DNA from: Candidatus Omnitrophota bacterium
GTDB taxonomy: Bacteria > Omnitrophota > Gorgyraeia > 2-01-FULL-45-10
Length of the DNA: 64,000 bases
Direction: 5' to 3'
Assembly (NCBI GenBank): GCA_020057115.1
Contig: JAGVGJ010000032.1
Coordinates: forward strand, 23,722 to 87,721
Position 1 is the first letter of the stretch, and every line of letters starts with the position of its first letter. Shown piece after piece: positions 18,668 through 25,983 of the stretch. Made by a program: the position numbers and the translations under genes. Below the pieces are notes generated by a model. The model was not told the origin of the DNA. It searched no databases and saw only the letters and a list, made by a program, of their open reading frames with translations.

Positions 18668-19317
18668 ATTACCAACCTTTCAAGAGGCCTCCCCTGGACC
18701 AGTATATAAGCGCTCAGGATCTCTTTTACTATCGGCTCATTATCTTTATGCCTTCTCTTAAATTGATCTATCGATAATACATATGGCACGATCGCGGTCT
18801 GAAAATCACGAGCTACTGCATCTGCTATCAGGTCGAGGCTCTCCTCAACTTTCTCTTTGTCCCTAACGCTGCCGAGGACTACGATCAAGTCTATGTCGCT
18901 CTTTGGCCCCTCTCTTCTCCTGGCTACGCTTCCGAAAATAGCCACTGTCTCGACAGTCGCTTTCGGACGCGATACCGCTTTTTTTATAAGGGCCGTAACG
19001 GCAGGTAATATACTTTTCTCCTTTTCAAAGAAAGGCTTTACAAGGACCTTTACAATGTAGCTATCCGTATTAAGCGAGTAAAGATAGGCCTTACCTGCGG
19101 ACGAGGCTTTCACAACCCCGTCTTCTTTCAGGCTATTGAGGAATTTATTTATGGTAGTCGGGCTCGCGGTGAGAAGCCTTGCAAGCTGCCGCCCTGTCAA
19201 TCCGGCGCTTTCCTTGCACAGTATGCGTAATATGCCGGTCTTCAGCTTGTGATCGAACACCCTGTCGAGCGCATTATATATAAGCATGGGGTTTTCCTTG
19301 TCCATTAAATTGGACAT
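18664..19317 (-). CDS. nucleotidyltransferase (MNT/pol-beta superfamily) with N-terminal winged-helix domain (putative antitoxin)
   Basis: It has the GS-x(n)-DxD nucleotidyltransferase motif GSVARRREGPKSDIDLIVV. The N-terminal HTH-like region is TGRQLARLLTASPTTINKFLNSL. Confidence 0.65.
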   Translation of the reverse strand: MSNLMDKENPMLIYNALDRVFDHKLKTGILRILCKESAGLTGRQLARLLTASPTTINKFLNSLKEDGVVKASSAGKAYLYSLNTDSYIVKVLVKPFFEKEKSILPAVTALIKKAVSRPKATVETVAIFGSVARRREGPKSDIDLIVVLGSVRDKEKVEESLDLIADAVARDFQTAIVPYVLSIDQFKRRHKDNEPIVKEILSAYILVQGRPLERLVI

Positions 19318-19349
19318 ATGTCCACTATTATGGATATAGGATACCTTAT

Positions 19350-19375
19350 TTAACGGCCCTTGTCAAGGGGCGGGC
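19350..19375 (-). promoter_or_regulatory. putative promoter/operator of MNT-HEPN operon: -35 TTGACA embedded in palindrome CCCTTGACAAGGG
   Basis: It lies about 45 nt upstream of the MNT start codon. The sequence was read on the minus strand. Confidence 0.35.
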
Positions 19376-19431
19376 TCACTATTTCTGCTATCTTTTCTTC
19401 GCCTCTGCTGCCATCCTGGCTACTAATGCAA

Positions 19432-19481
19432 ACGTCCTGTTTAGGTACATCCTACTCGCAGGATGTACCTAAACAGGACGT
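19432..19481. repeat. 22-bp perfect inverted repeat with 6-nt loop (ACGTCCTGTTTAGGTACATCCT-actcgc-AGGATGTACCTAAACAGGACGT)
   Basis: The sequence is read directly. It is the strongest hairpin in the window and lies between the Fic2 cassette and the MNT/HEPN operon. Confidence 0.8.
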
Positions 19482-19495
19482 CCGATCATTTTACT

Positions 19496-19553
19496 TTACC
19501 CGTCGCCCCGTGTCTTAACTGGCGGTGTGTTCTCGAGTTTGTTCGAACTCACT
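19496..19553 (-). repeat. orphan copy of the tRNA-Ser trailer element (first ~27 nt) fused to a degenerate tRNA 3'-end remnant (GAGTTCGAACAAACTC...ACCGCCA)
   Basis: TTACCCGTCGCCCCGTGTCTTAACTGG matches 21303-21329 at 25 of 27 positions. The adjoining sequence retains a T-arm-like hairpin and ...CCGCCA. Confidence 0.55.
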
Positions 19554-19566
19554 TTATGAAAGAAAG

Positions 19567-19605
19567 TGTCATTGCGAGCCCCGCCGCAGGCGAGGCAAAG
19601 CAATC
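19567..19605 (-). repeat. REP-like element copy (GATTGCTTTG-hairpin-CTCGCAATGACA family), reverse orientation
   Basis: The motif matches the copies at 22266, 23595 and 25092. Confidence 0.6.
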
Positions 19606-19850
19606 TATCAAAGAAAAAAGTCTTTAACGCTTGGCTCGGCCCGGCCACAGGCCGGGCGCGTCCTCGCCACACACTCTGAAGCGTAATAATGTATGCATAA
19701 CGGCTAAAGGCTCATCCGCCCCACCTCAGCCTACAACTTGCCAACTACATGGGGCTTCGGTGGTTGCCGAGCCCCTCACCCCAAAAGATCTTGAGGCAAA
19801 AAGAACAAAAATGCCTCAATGGGCAGAATTTGGTTAAAAAGACCTTTCTT

Positions 19851-21011
19851 TTACTTCTCTCCTAATAAATCTAGCAATTCTTTGGCGCAAAAAACTTTCC
19901 CCCACCTCTTATTACTAGCTCCAGAAAGTATTTTCATCTCTTGCAGCTTCTTAACCGCGGCTTTGGCAGTGGGATAGCTAGTTTCTAATTTTTTAGCTGC
20001 ATAGGGAATCGTAACAAATGGATTCAAGAAAACTTGATCCAACAGTTTTAATGCATATGTTGATCCTCTATCTTTTTGAATAAGCTTACGATATTTATCT
20101 AATAGTTTAAGTATCGATTTAGAATTTTCTATGGCGTCCTTCGATTGGACTGCCACTGCCCGCAAGAAAAACTTAGCCCATTCTTCCCATTCGCCATTCT
20201 CGCTTACAGCTAATAGTCTTTCATAGTATTCGCTGCGATATTTCTCAAAAAAAGCACTGAGATAAAGCATGGGATATACCAAATATTCTCTTTCGCCTAA
20301 GAATAGAGTGGTAAGTAGCCTGCCCATCCTTCCGTTACCATCTAAAAATGGATGGATCGCTTCAAATTGATAATGGATCAAAGCGCATTGTATAAGACCG
20401 GGGAAATTATTTCTATCGTGCAAGAACTTTTCAAAATGCCCTAACGCATCGTTCATTTCACGTACAGGCGGTGGTACAAATTTTGCATTGTTTAGAGTGC
20501 ATCCCGCGGGACCTATCCAATTTTGGCTGCGCCTAAATTCGCCGAGAGTCAGATGCTCTCCTCTTACCCCCCTCATTAACTCTCTGTGGATCTCTCTAAT
20601 AAGACGAAGAGAAAGAGGAAGTTCTTTTAATCTTTGAATTCCATAGTTTATCGCTTTTACATAATTAACTACTTCGAGGACATCTGTTTTTTTAACCTCT
20701 TTTTGTTTTTCTTCCTTATTCGCTGCTTCAAAATAAAAAAGATCCGATAGGGATGCTTGAGTGCCCTCAATTTTCGAACTGAGAACAGCTTCTCTTTTAA
20801 TATAGGGCGTTATAAGGAGGTTGGGGTTAGGTAGTAACGCGCCAACACCTGAGAGATTGCCTAATTGACGATCGGCCTCAGAAAGCAAATTAACCATTTC
20901 TTTGCCGTAGACAATAGCTGGCGGAAGTGGGTTAGGCACAAAAGCCCAATAATCTCTTTCTGTTTTTATTATTTTTCCGGCTTTGCTATTTTTAAACCTG
21001 GCTATATCCAT
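19851..21011 (-). CDS. Fic/DOC family protein (class II), paralog 2
   Basis: It has the canonical HPFLDGNGRMGRL motif and the inhibitory SSKIEGT motif. The start is an ATG. Confidence 0.85.
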   Translation of the reverse strand: MDIARFKNSKAGKIIKTERDYWAFVPNPLPPAIVYGKEMVNLLSEADRQLGNLSGVGALLPNPNLLITPYIKREAVLSSKIEGTQASLSDLFYFEAANKEEKQKEVKKTDVLEVVNYVKAINYGIQRLKELPLSLRLIREIHRELMRGVRGEHLTLGEFRRSQNWIGPAGCTLNNAKFVPPPVREMNDALGHFEKFLHDRNNFPGLIQCALIHYQFEAIHPFLDGNGRMGRLLTTLFLGEREYLVYPMLYLSAFFEKYRSEYYERLLAVSENGEWEEWAKFFLRAVAVQSKDAIENSKSILKLLDKYRKLIQKDRGSTYALKLLDQVFLNPFVTIPYAAKKLETSYPTAKAAVKKLQEMKILSGASNKRWGKVFCAKELLDLLGEK

Positions 21012-21064
21012 AATTTCCTAATATTTTGCGCCTCACCGATAATAGGTAGTTAGCCCCAGCTTTA

Positions 21065-21125
21065 AGTATACTTTAGACTTTTAAAGAAATCAAGCTTTTT
21101 CTTTAATTGCTATTTTAGCAATTAA
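21065..21125 (-). promoter_or_regulatory. Fic2 promoter (TTGATT-17nt-TATACT) with upstream 23-nt palindrome TTAATTGCTA-ttt-TAGCAATTAA (candidate operator)
   Basis: The -10 is at 21065-21070, the -35 at 21088-21093 and the palindrome at 21103-21125 on the minus strand. Confidence 0.45.
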
Positions 21126-21200
21126 AGTACCTTATAATTCTATTTCAACCTCTTTCTCAAGTTTTTAGGGACATGCCATTTTACGCCCCCTATTGCCCCG

Positions 21201-21329
21201 AAAAAGATCGGTTCGAACTTTATTTTATCCCTCGCATTCGCTCGGGACGCTTCGCAGAAAGAGCGCCGGATAAATTTTTCGTCGGAAGGTACCTTCCGAT
21301 TCTTCTTACCCGACGCCCCGTGTCTTAAC
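21201..21329 (-). repeat. conserved tRNA-Ser trailer element, copy B (palindrome TCGGAAGGTACCTTCCGA at 21282-21299; carries 33-nt insertion relative to copy A)
   Basis: The alignment to 4381-4477 was done by eye. Confidence 0.7.
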
Positions 21330-21419
21330 TGGCGGAGGAGGTAGGATTCGAACCCACGGAGGCATTGCTGCCTCAACAGTTTTCAAGACTGCCGCGATCA
21401 ACCGCTCTGCCACTCCTCC
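21330..21419 (-). tRNA. tRNA-Ser (anticodon UGA), with CCA encoded
   Basis: Reverse complement GGAGGAGTGGCAGAGCGGTTGATCGCGGCAGTCTTGAAAACTGTTGAGGCAGCAATGCCTCCGTGGGTTCGAATCCTACCTCCTCCGCCA. Confidence 0.85.
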
Positions 21420-21524
21420 ACCCTAAAACGCCTAAAGAACAATTTTTCCCGCCAAACAACTTTATTGTAAAACTATGCGTCTTTAAAGAGGAGTTTGTCG
21501 GGACTCCCTCGCTTCGCTCGGTCG

Positions 21525-21560
21525 CAAGACTGCCGCGATCAACCGCTCTGCCACTCCTCC
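21525..21560 (-). pseudogene. partial duplicate of tRNA-Ser(UGA): 5' half only (positions 1 to ~36, ends inside the anticodon loop) plus ~30 nt of its upstream region
   Basis: GGAGGAGTGGCAGAGCGGTTGATCGCGGCAGTCTTG is identical to the 5' part of the full tRNA located 105 nt away. The upstream flank (cgggaaaactgttctttagatattttgtg) is also duplicated with about 80% identity. Confidence 0.7.
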
Positions 21561-21592
21561 GCACAAAATATCTAAAGAACAGTTTTCCCGTT

Positions 21593-22255
21593 CTAGAAAA
21601 ACAGCTGCCTCACTATCGCGATGTATATATCTCTCGACCCGAATATAAAATCCACAAAGAAGCGCTTTATGTGGAATGACGGGAATACGAGCCCGAACAT
21701 GAGCGCTATCACAAGGATATTCAGCATGTACACAAGCACGATCGAAAAGAAATAGCCTGACTTCACTATGTCCGGCTGTTTCACCTTCATTATCTCTATG
21801 GTCGATATAATATGGAAGGCGAGCGCGAACCCTATCAGAAATATGAATATCGAGCCGTTGATATTATACGATGCGAGAAGCACAAAATAAACTAAAGTTA
21901 TCAGTATCGCGTATATCGGGACAAAGTAGGGGCTGAGCTCTATCACGACATTCGATTTATCCATGCCGACACTTCCGCCCTCTTTCGACACCTGGAATGA
22001 ATTTATTTTCGCGCCAAATATCCAGGCGACGCCGGCATGCACAGCCTCGTGGCCCAAAACATAAAAGAATGTCGGCTTGTAAAATAAGAGGTGCAGTGCC
22101 ACATAGGCCGCGATACCCCATAAGAAATAATTAAGGCTCGCTGACAGTTCTTTTATCATGGCCATATTATGATAAAAGGCTACCGTCACGCCGAAGGCAA
22201 GCGGCACTACTAGGACCGCGATAGAAAATTTTAGCAATACCTTTAAGAATTCCAT
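21593..22255 (-). CDS. polytopic membrane protein with HExxH motif (GHEAVHAG), putative intramembrane zinc metalloprotease
   Basis: It has about six hydrophobic segments. An HEAVH motif sits at the start of a TM helix. No further family assignment is possible without a search. Confidence 0.45.
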   Translation of the reverse strand: MEFLKVLLKFSIAVLVVPLAFGVTVAFYHNMAMIKELSASLNYFLWGIAAYVALHLLFYKPTFFYVLGHEAVHAGVAWIFGAKINSFQVSKEGGSVGMDKSNVVIELSPYFVPIYAILITLVYFVLLASYNINGSIFIFLIGFALAFHIISTIEIMKVKQPDIVKSGYFFSIVLVYMLNILVIALMFGLVFPSFHIKRFFVDFIFGSRDIYIAIVRQLFF

Positions 22256-22265
22256 ATATTGATAT

Positions 22266-22304
22266 GATTGCTTCGTCGGCCCTTCGGGCCTCCTCGCAAT
22301 GACA
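22266..22304. repeat. REP-like element (GATTGCTTCGTC-GGCCC-TTCG-GGGCC-TCCTCGCAATGACA), immediately 3' of serS
   Basis: The sequence is read directly. It belongs to a family of at least 4 full copies. Confidence 0.65.
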
Positions 22305-22306
22305 CC

Positions 22307-23581
22307 TTACGGTTTAATGACCTCTTTACCGTCCATGTAAGGGACGAGCGCTTTCGGTATGCGGACAGATCCGTCCGCATTCTGGTAATTCTCCAGGATC
22401 GCCACGACGAGCCTTGCCAGCGCAACGCCCGAACCATTGAGCGTGTGGATATAACTCATCTTCTTCGACTCTTTCTGGCGGTAGCGTATATTCGCCCGGC
22501 GCGCCTGGAAGTCGGTGAAGCAGGAGCAGCTTGATACTTCGAGATATGAATTCACCCCGGCCGCGAACAGCTCTATGTCATAGCATTTGGCCGCGGAGAA
22601 TGATATGTCGCCCGTAGCCAATAGGACGACCCTATATGGCAGCTCAAGCGCCTGGAGCACGTCTTCCGCATCTTTAACAAGGCTCTCGAGTTCATCGAAT
22701 GATGTTTTGGGCCTCACGAACTTCACCATCTCGACTTTGTCGAACTGGTGGACCCTTATCAAACCCTTTGTATCTTTACCGTATGATCCGGCCTCGCGCC
22801 TGAAACATGCGGTATAAGCAGTATAGCGGATGGGCAGCTTGTCCTCATCCAGCACTTCGCCTGAGAGCATGTTCGTGACAGGGACCTCTGCGGTAGGTAT
22901 GAGAAAAAGGTCGTCATCTTTTAATTTGTACATGTCCTCTTCAAGTTTCGGGAGCTGGCCTGTCCCTGTCATGCTGCGCCTGTTTACCAAAAACGGCGGG
23001 AATATCTCCGTATAGCCATGCTTTTTTGTGTGCATGTCCAGCATGAAATTTATGAGCGCCCGCTCCAGGCGCGCGCCGGCTCCTTTAAATAATACGAAGT
23101 TTGAGCCTGTTATCTTTGCCGCGATACCGAAACATATAATATCAAGTATTTCGCTAAGCTCAATATGGGTCCTTGGAGTAAAGTTAAATTTAGGAATATT
23201 GCCCCATGAACGGACTATTTTATTGGCCTGCGGGCTGCCTACAGGTACGGATTTATCTGGTATATTTGGGATAGAATACATAAATGAGGCCATTTTTTCA
23301 TCAATTTCCCCCACTTTATTATCTAATTCGCCTATTTTTTGGGAAACTGACTTCATTCTCTCTATAACCTCTTTTGCATTCTTCTTCTCCTTCATAAGGA
23401 TCGATATCTCATCGTTCGCCTTATTCCTCTGGGCCTTAAGCTCCTCGACCTCTACCAATAGCTTTCTGCGGCCCTCATCCAGGGCCAATAATTCATCTAC
23501 ATTGATCTTCAGCAGGTTCCTGTTCTTAAGGGCCTCTTTGACCAGGTTGCTATTTTCTCTTATGAACTTTATATCCAACAT
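22307..23581 (-). CDS. serS: seryl-tRNA synthetase
   Basis: It has an N-terminal coiled-coil arm (MLDIKFIRENSNLVKEALKNR...). The class II core motifs and length (424 aa) are typical of SerRS. Confidence 0.85.
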   Translation of the reverse strand: MLDIKFIRENSNLVKEALKNRNLLKINVDELLALDEGRRKLLVEVEELKAQRNKANDEISILMKEKKNAKEVIERMKSVSQKIGELDNKVGEIDEKMASFMYSIPNIPDKSVPVGSPQANKIVRSWGNIPKFNFTPRTHIELSEILDIICFGIAAKITGSNFVLFKGAGARLERALINFMLDMHTKKHGYTEIFPPFLVNRRSMTGTGQLPKLEEDMYKLKDDDLFLIPTAEVPVTNMLSGEVLDEDKLPIRYTAYTACFRREAGSYGKDTKGLIRVHQFDKVEMVKFVRPKTSFDELESLVKDAEDVLQALELPYRVVLLATGDISFSAAKCYDIELFAAGVNSYLEVSSCSCFTDFQARRANIRYRQKESKKMSYIHTLNGSGVALARLVVAILENYQNADGSVRIPKALVPYMDGKEVIKP

Positions 23582-23594
23582 ATAGCTCCTTATA

Positions 23595-23629
23595 GATTGC
23601 TTCGGCCGCTTCGCGGCCTCGCAATGACA
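23595..23629. repeat. REP-like element copy between serS and rtcB
   Basis: GATTGCTTCGGCCGCTTCGCGGCCTCGCAATGACA. Confidence 0.65.
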
Positions 23630-23635
23630 AAGTGT

Positions 23636-25069
23636 TTATCCTTTTATTACTCCGATAGGCCGCATGCGCGCAACGCGTTTCGAAATGCCTGCGCCTTCTA
23701 CGATCCGAACGACTTCATTCACGTCTTTATATGCTTCCGGCGCCTCTTCGGCTAATGTCTCCCGGCCGCTCGACTTTACTATTATACCCTTATCTTCGAG
23801 TTCGCGCGATATAGATCTGCCGCGGCAGGCCCTTATTGCCGCAGAACGGGACATGAGCCGCCCGGCTCCATGACACGTCGAATAGAATGTCTCTTCCGCC
23901 TTCTTCGTTCCTGTCAGAAGATATGAATTCCTGCCCATGTCCCCCGGTATTATGACAGGCTGCCCGGTCTTTTGGTATTTTTGGGGGATCTCCGGATGTC
24001 CCGGAGGAAAAGCCCTGGTCGCGCCTTTTCTGTGGACGCAGAGGGTCTTCTCTTTTCCGTCTATCGTATATTTTTCCAATTTTGCTATATTATGGGCGAC
24101 GTCGTATATGAGGTCCATGCCGAGGTCTTTTGGCGACATCTGGAATACTTTCTCGAACACGCCTCTTGCAAGATGCATGAGGCACTGCCTGTTAGCCCAC
24201 GCATAATTCGCCGCGCATCTCATGGCGCCGAGATAGTTTTGCGCTTCCTTTGAATTTACCGGCGCGCAAGCAAGCTGCCTGTCCGGAACGCTGATATTAT
24301 ACTTGGAGAGACATCCTATCATGTCGCGCGTATAATCGTCGCACACCTGATAGCCGAGGCCGCGCGAACCGGAGTGTATCATGAGCACAACCTGTCCTAC
24401 GGCGAGGTCGAATACGGATGCCGCATCTTTATCGAATATCTCGTCGACCACCTGGACTTCCATAAAGTGGTTGCCTGAGCCCAATGTTCCCGACTGGTTC
24501 TTACCGCGCTCGTAAGCTCTAGGCGAGACCGCGTCCGGGTTAGCGCCTTTTATCGCGCCGTGTTCTTCAGTGTATTCGAGATCATCATGGTTACCATAGC
24601 CGCGCTCGACGACCCACTTGGAGCCCTCGACAAGAAGTTTCCTCTCTTCGGACGCGCTTATCTTTATATCGCCTTTCGACCCGACGCCTGCCGGGACATC
24701 ATTATAAAGAGCATAGACCAGGTCTCTTATCCTGGGTTTCACATCCTTCTCGGTGAGGTTCGTCTTCACAAGTCTGATCCCGCAATTGATATCATACCCT
24801 ACAAATCCAGGCACCAGCACGCCGGTTTCGGAATCAAATGCACCGACGCCGCCAATCGGCGCTCCATATCCCCAATGCAGGTCAGGCATGCCAAAAGAAT
24901 ACCTCACTATCCCCGGAAGGAACGCGACATTCGCGACCTGCTCCGCGGCTTTGTCGGAACGGATATCCTCAAGCATCGCCTCATCGGCATAGATGATGCC
25001 GTCGACGCGCATACCTTGCTTATAGCTCTTGGGAATACGCCACCTGAACTCGTCTATCCGCTCGAACAT
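23636..25069 (-). CDS. rtcB: RNA-splicing ligase RtcB (3'-phosphate/5'-OH RNA ligase)
   Basis: The 477-aa sequence has conserved RtcB blocks (e.g. ...HNxxKxE..., NHFMEVQ, HSGSRGLG). Confidence 0.8.
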   Translation of the reverse strand: MFERIDEFRWRIPKSYKQGMRVDGIIYADEAMLEDIRSDKAAEQVANVAFLPGIVRYSFGMPDLHWGYGAPIGGVGAFDSETGVLVPGFVGYDINCGIRLVKTNLTEKDVKPRIRDLVYALYNDVPAGVGSKGDIKISASEERKLLVEGSKWVVERGYGNHDDLEYTEEHGAIKGANPDAVSPRAYERGKNQSGTLGSGNHFMEVQVVDEIFDKDAASVFDLAVGQVVLMIHSGSRGLGYQVCDDYTRDMIGCLSKYNISVPDRQLACAPVNSKEAQNYLGAMRCAANYAWANRQCLMHLARGVFEKVFQMSPKDLGMDLIYDVAHNIAKLEKYTIDGKEKTLCVHRKGATRAFPPGHPEIPQKYQKTGQPVIIPGDMGRNSYLLTGTKKAEETFYSTCHGAGRLMSRSAAIRACRGRSISRELEDKGIIVKSSGRETLAEEAPEAYKDVNEVVRIVEGAGISKRVARMRPIGVIKG

Positions 25070-25091
25070 CCGCTCTATTCCTTCATTGATA

Positions 25092-25136
25092 GATTGCTTC
25101 GTCGTCCCGCCTTCGGCGGGACTCCTCGCAATGACA
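25092..25136. repeat. REP-like element copy between rtcB and archease
   Basis: GATTGCTTCGTCGTCCCGCCTTCGGCGGGACTCCTCGCAATGACA. Confidence 0.65.
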
Positions 25137-25158
25137 GAGGGTTGTTACACGTCAGGTA

Positions 25159-25578
25159 TTACACGTCAAATATTATATCTACTTTGAAACCGTCCTTAGA
25201 CTCTTTGACGGCAAGGCCGCTATAGGTGATGGCCTTTATCTCTGTCTTTAGGCGGTTCCTGTTATCGCCTACGGGCCGGCCGAAGACTTTTGCCTTTATC
25301 GCCGTATCCGATAATTCCTCTATCTCAAATCTTGAAAATATGATAGATTTCGTATAGAAATTATACAAAAGCTCGTCGAGCCAAGCCACGAGGAGCTCAT
25401 CGGAGTTCGGGGCGGAGAGCTTGATATCCATAGAGACAGGCTCTTTCAATCCTTCAAGGTCCGCTATTATGTCGAACATCGAAAAGGCGGCATTTGCGAA
25501 CAACTCCTTCAAAGTGCCGCCGTAGACATGAACGCCTATATCCGCTGTATGCGGGAACTGCTCGTAACGTTTCATCAT
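25159..25578 (-). CDS. archease (RtcB activator)
   Basis: The MMKRYEQFPHTADIGVHVYG segment carries the archease HTAD motif. The track start (TTG at 25626) was trimmed to the ATG at 25576-25578. Confidence 0.7.
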   Translation of the reverse strand: MMKRYEQFPHTADIGVHVYGGTLKELFANAAFSMFDIIADLEGLKEPVSMDIKLSAPNSDELLVAWLDELLYNFYTKSIIFSRFEIEELSDTAIKAKVFGRPVGDNRNRLKTEIKAITYSGLAVKESKDGFKVDIIFDV

Positions 25579-25970
25579 TCTACCGATATAGCTTTTGAGG
25601 TCTGCCAGAGACCGTGTATGTTGCAATAGGATGCTGCGAGTATAGTGCCGGCCTTATCGGTTTTGAAGGATAACGTGACTTCAGGATGGGTATAAACCGT
25701 GCTCATGTTAGGCCCCTGGGCAGACTCACCATGGGCTGTAAAGTCAAAGCGTCCGAGCTCGATGGGGAATTTCTCGGCTGCAGGATGAAAATATACGCTT
25801 ATCCAGCGGATATGGTGTTCGGTAGTATTGGGGTGGGCGATCTCTTTACCGACGGTGACTGTTATCTTCGTCAATGCGCCCTTCTTGGCCGAGACGGGGG
25901 CATCTATTACCGGAACATGCTTTTCGGTCTTAAAATCTGCTGACTGCAAAAGATCTTTAAGCTCTGCCAT
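25575..25970 (-). CDS. superoxide reductase (neelaredoxin/1Fe-SOR class)
   Basis: EKHVPVI, HHIRWI and CNIHGLW ligand motifs are present. The ATG at 25968-25970 has an AGGAGG RBS. Confidence 0.7.
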   Translation of the reverse strand: MAELKDLLQSADFKTEKHVPVIDAPVSAKKGALTKITVTVGKEIAHPNTTEHHIRWISVYFHPAAEKFPIELGRFDFTAHGESAQGPNMSTVYTHPEVTLSFKTDKAGTILAASYCNIHGLWQTSKAISVE

Positions 25971-25983
25971 CTTAAACCTCCTA

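Noticed and set aside
21420-21524. Idea that tRNA-Ser(UGA) carries a group I intron or is a split tRNA (5' half, then 105 nt, then the rest)
   Set aside because: A complete, uninterrupted tRNA with its own 5' half lies immediately downstream. The interval is far too short for a group I intron and no bulge-helix-bulge complementarity was seen. Tandem duplication is the simpler explanation.
17669-21600. Classical prophage or integrative element at the tRNA-Ser genes
   Set aside because: No integrase, recombinase, transposase or phage structural ORF is present in any frame of the interval. Only Fic, HEPN/MNT, repeats and a tRNA remnant are found there, so it is at most a decayed island or cassette.
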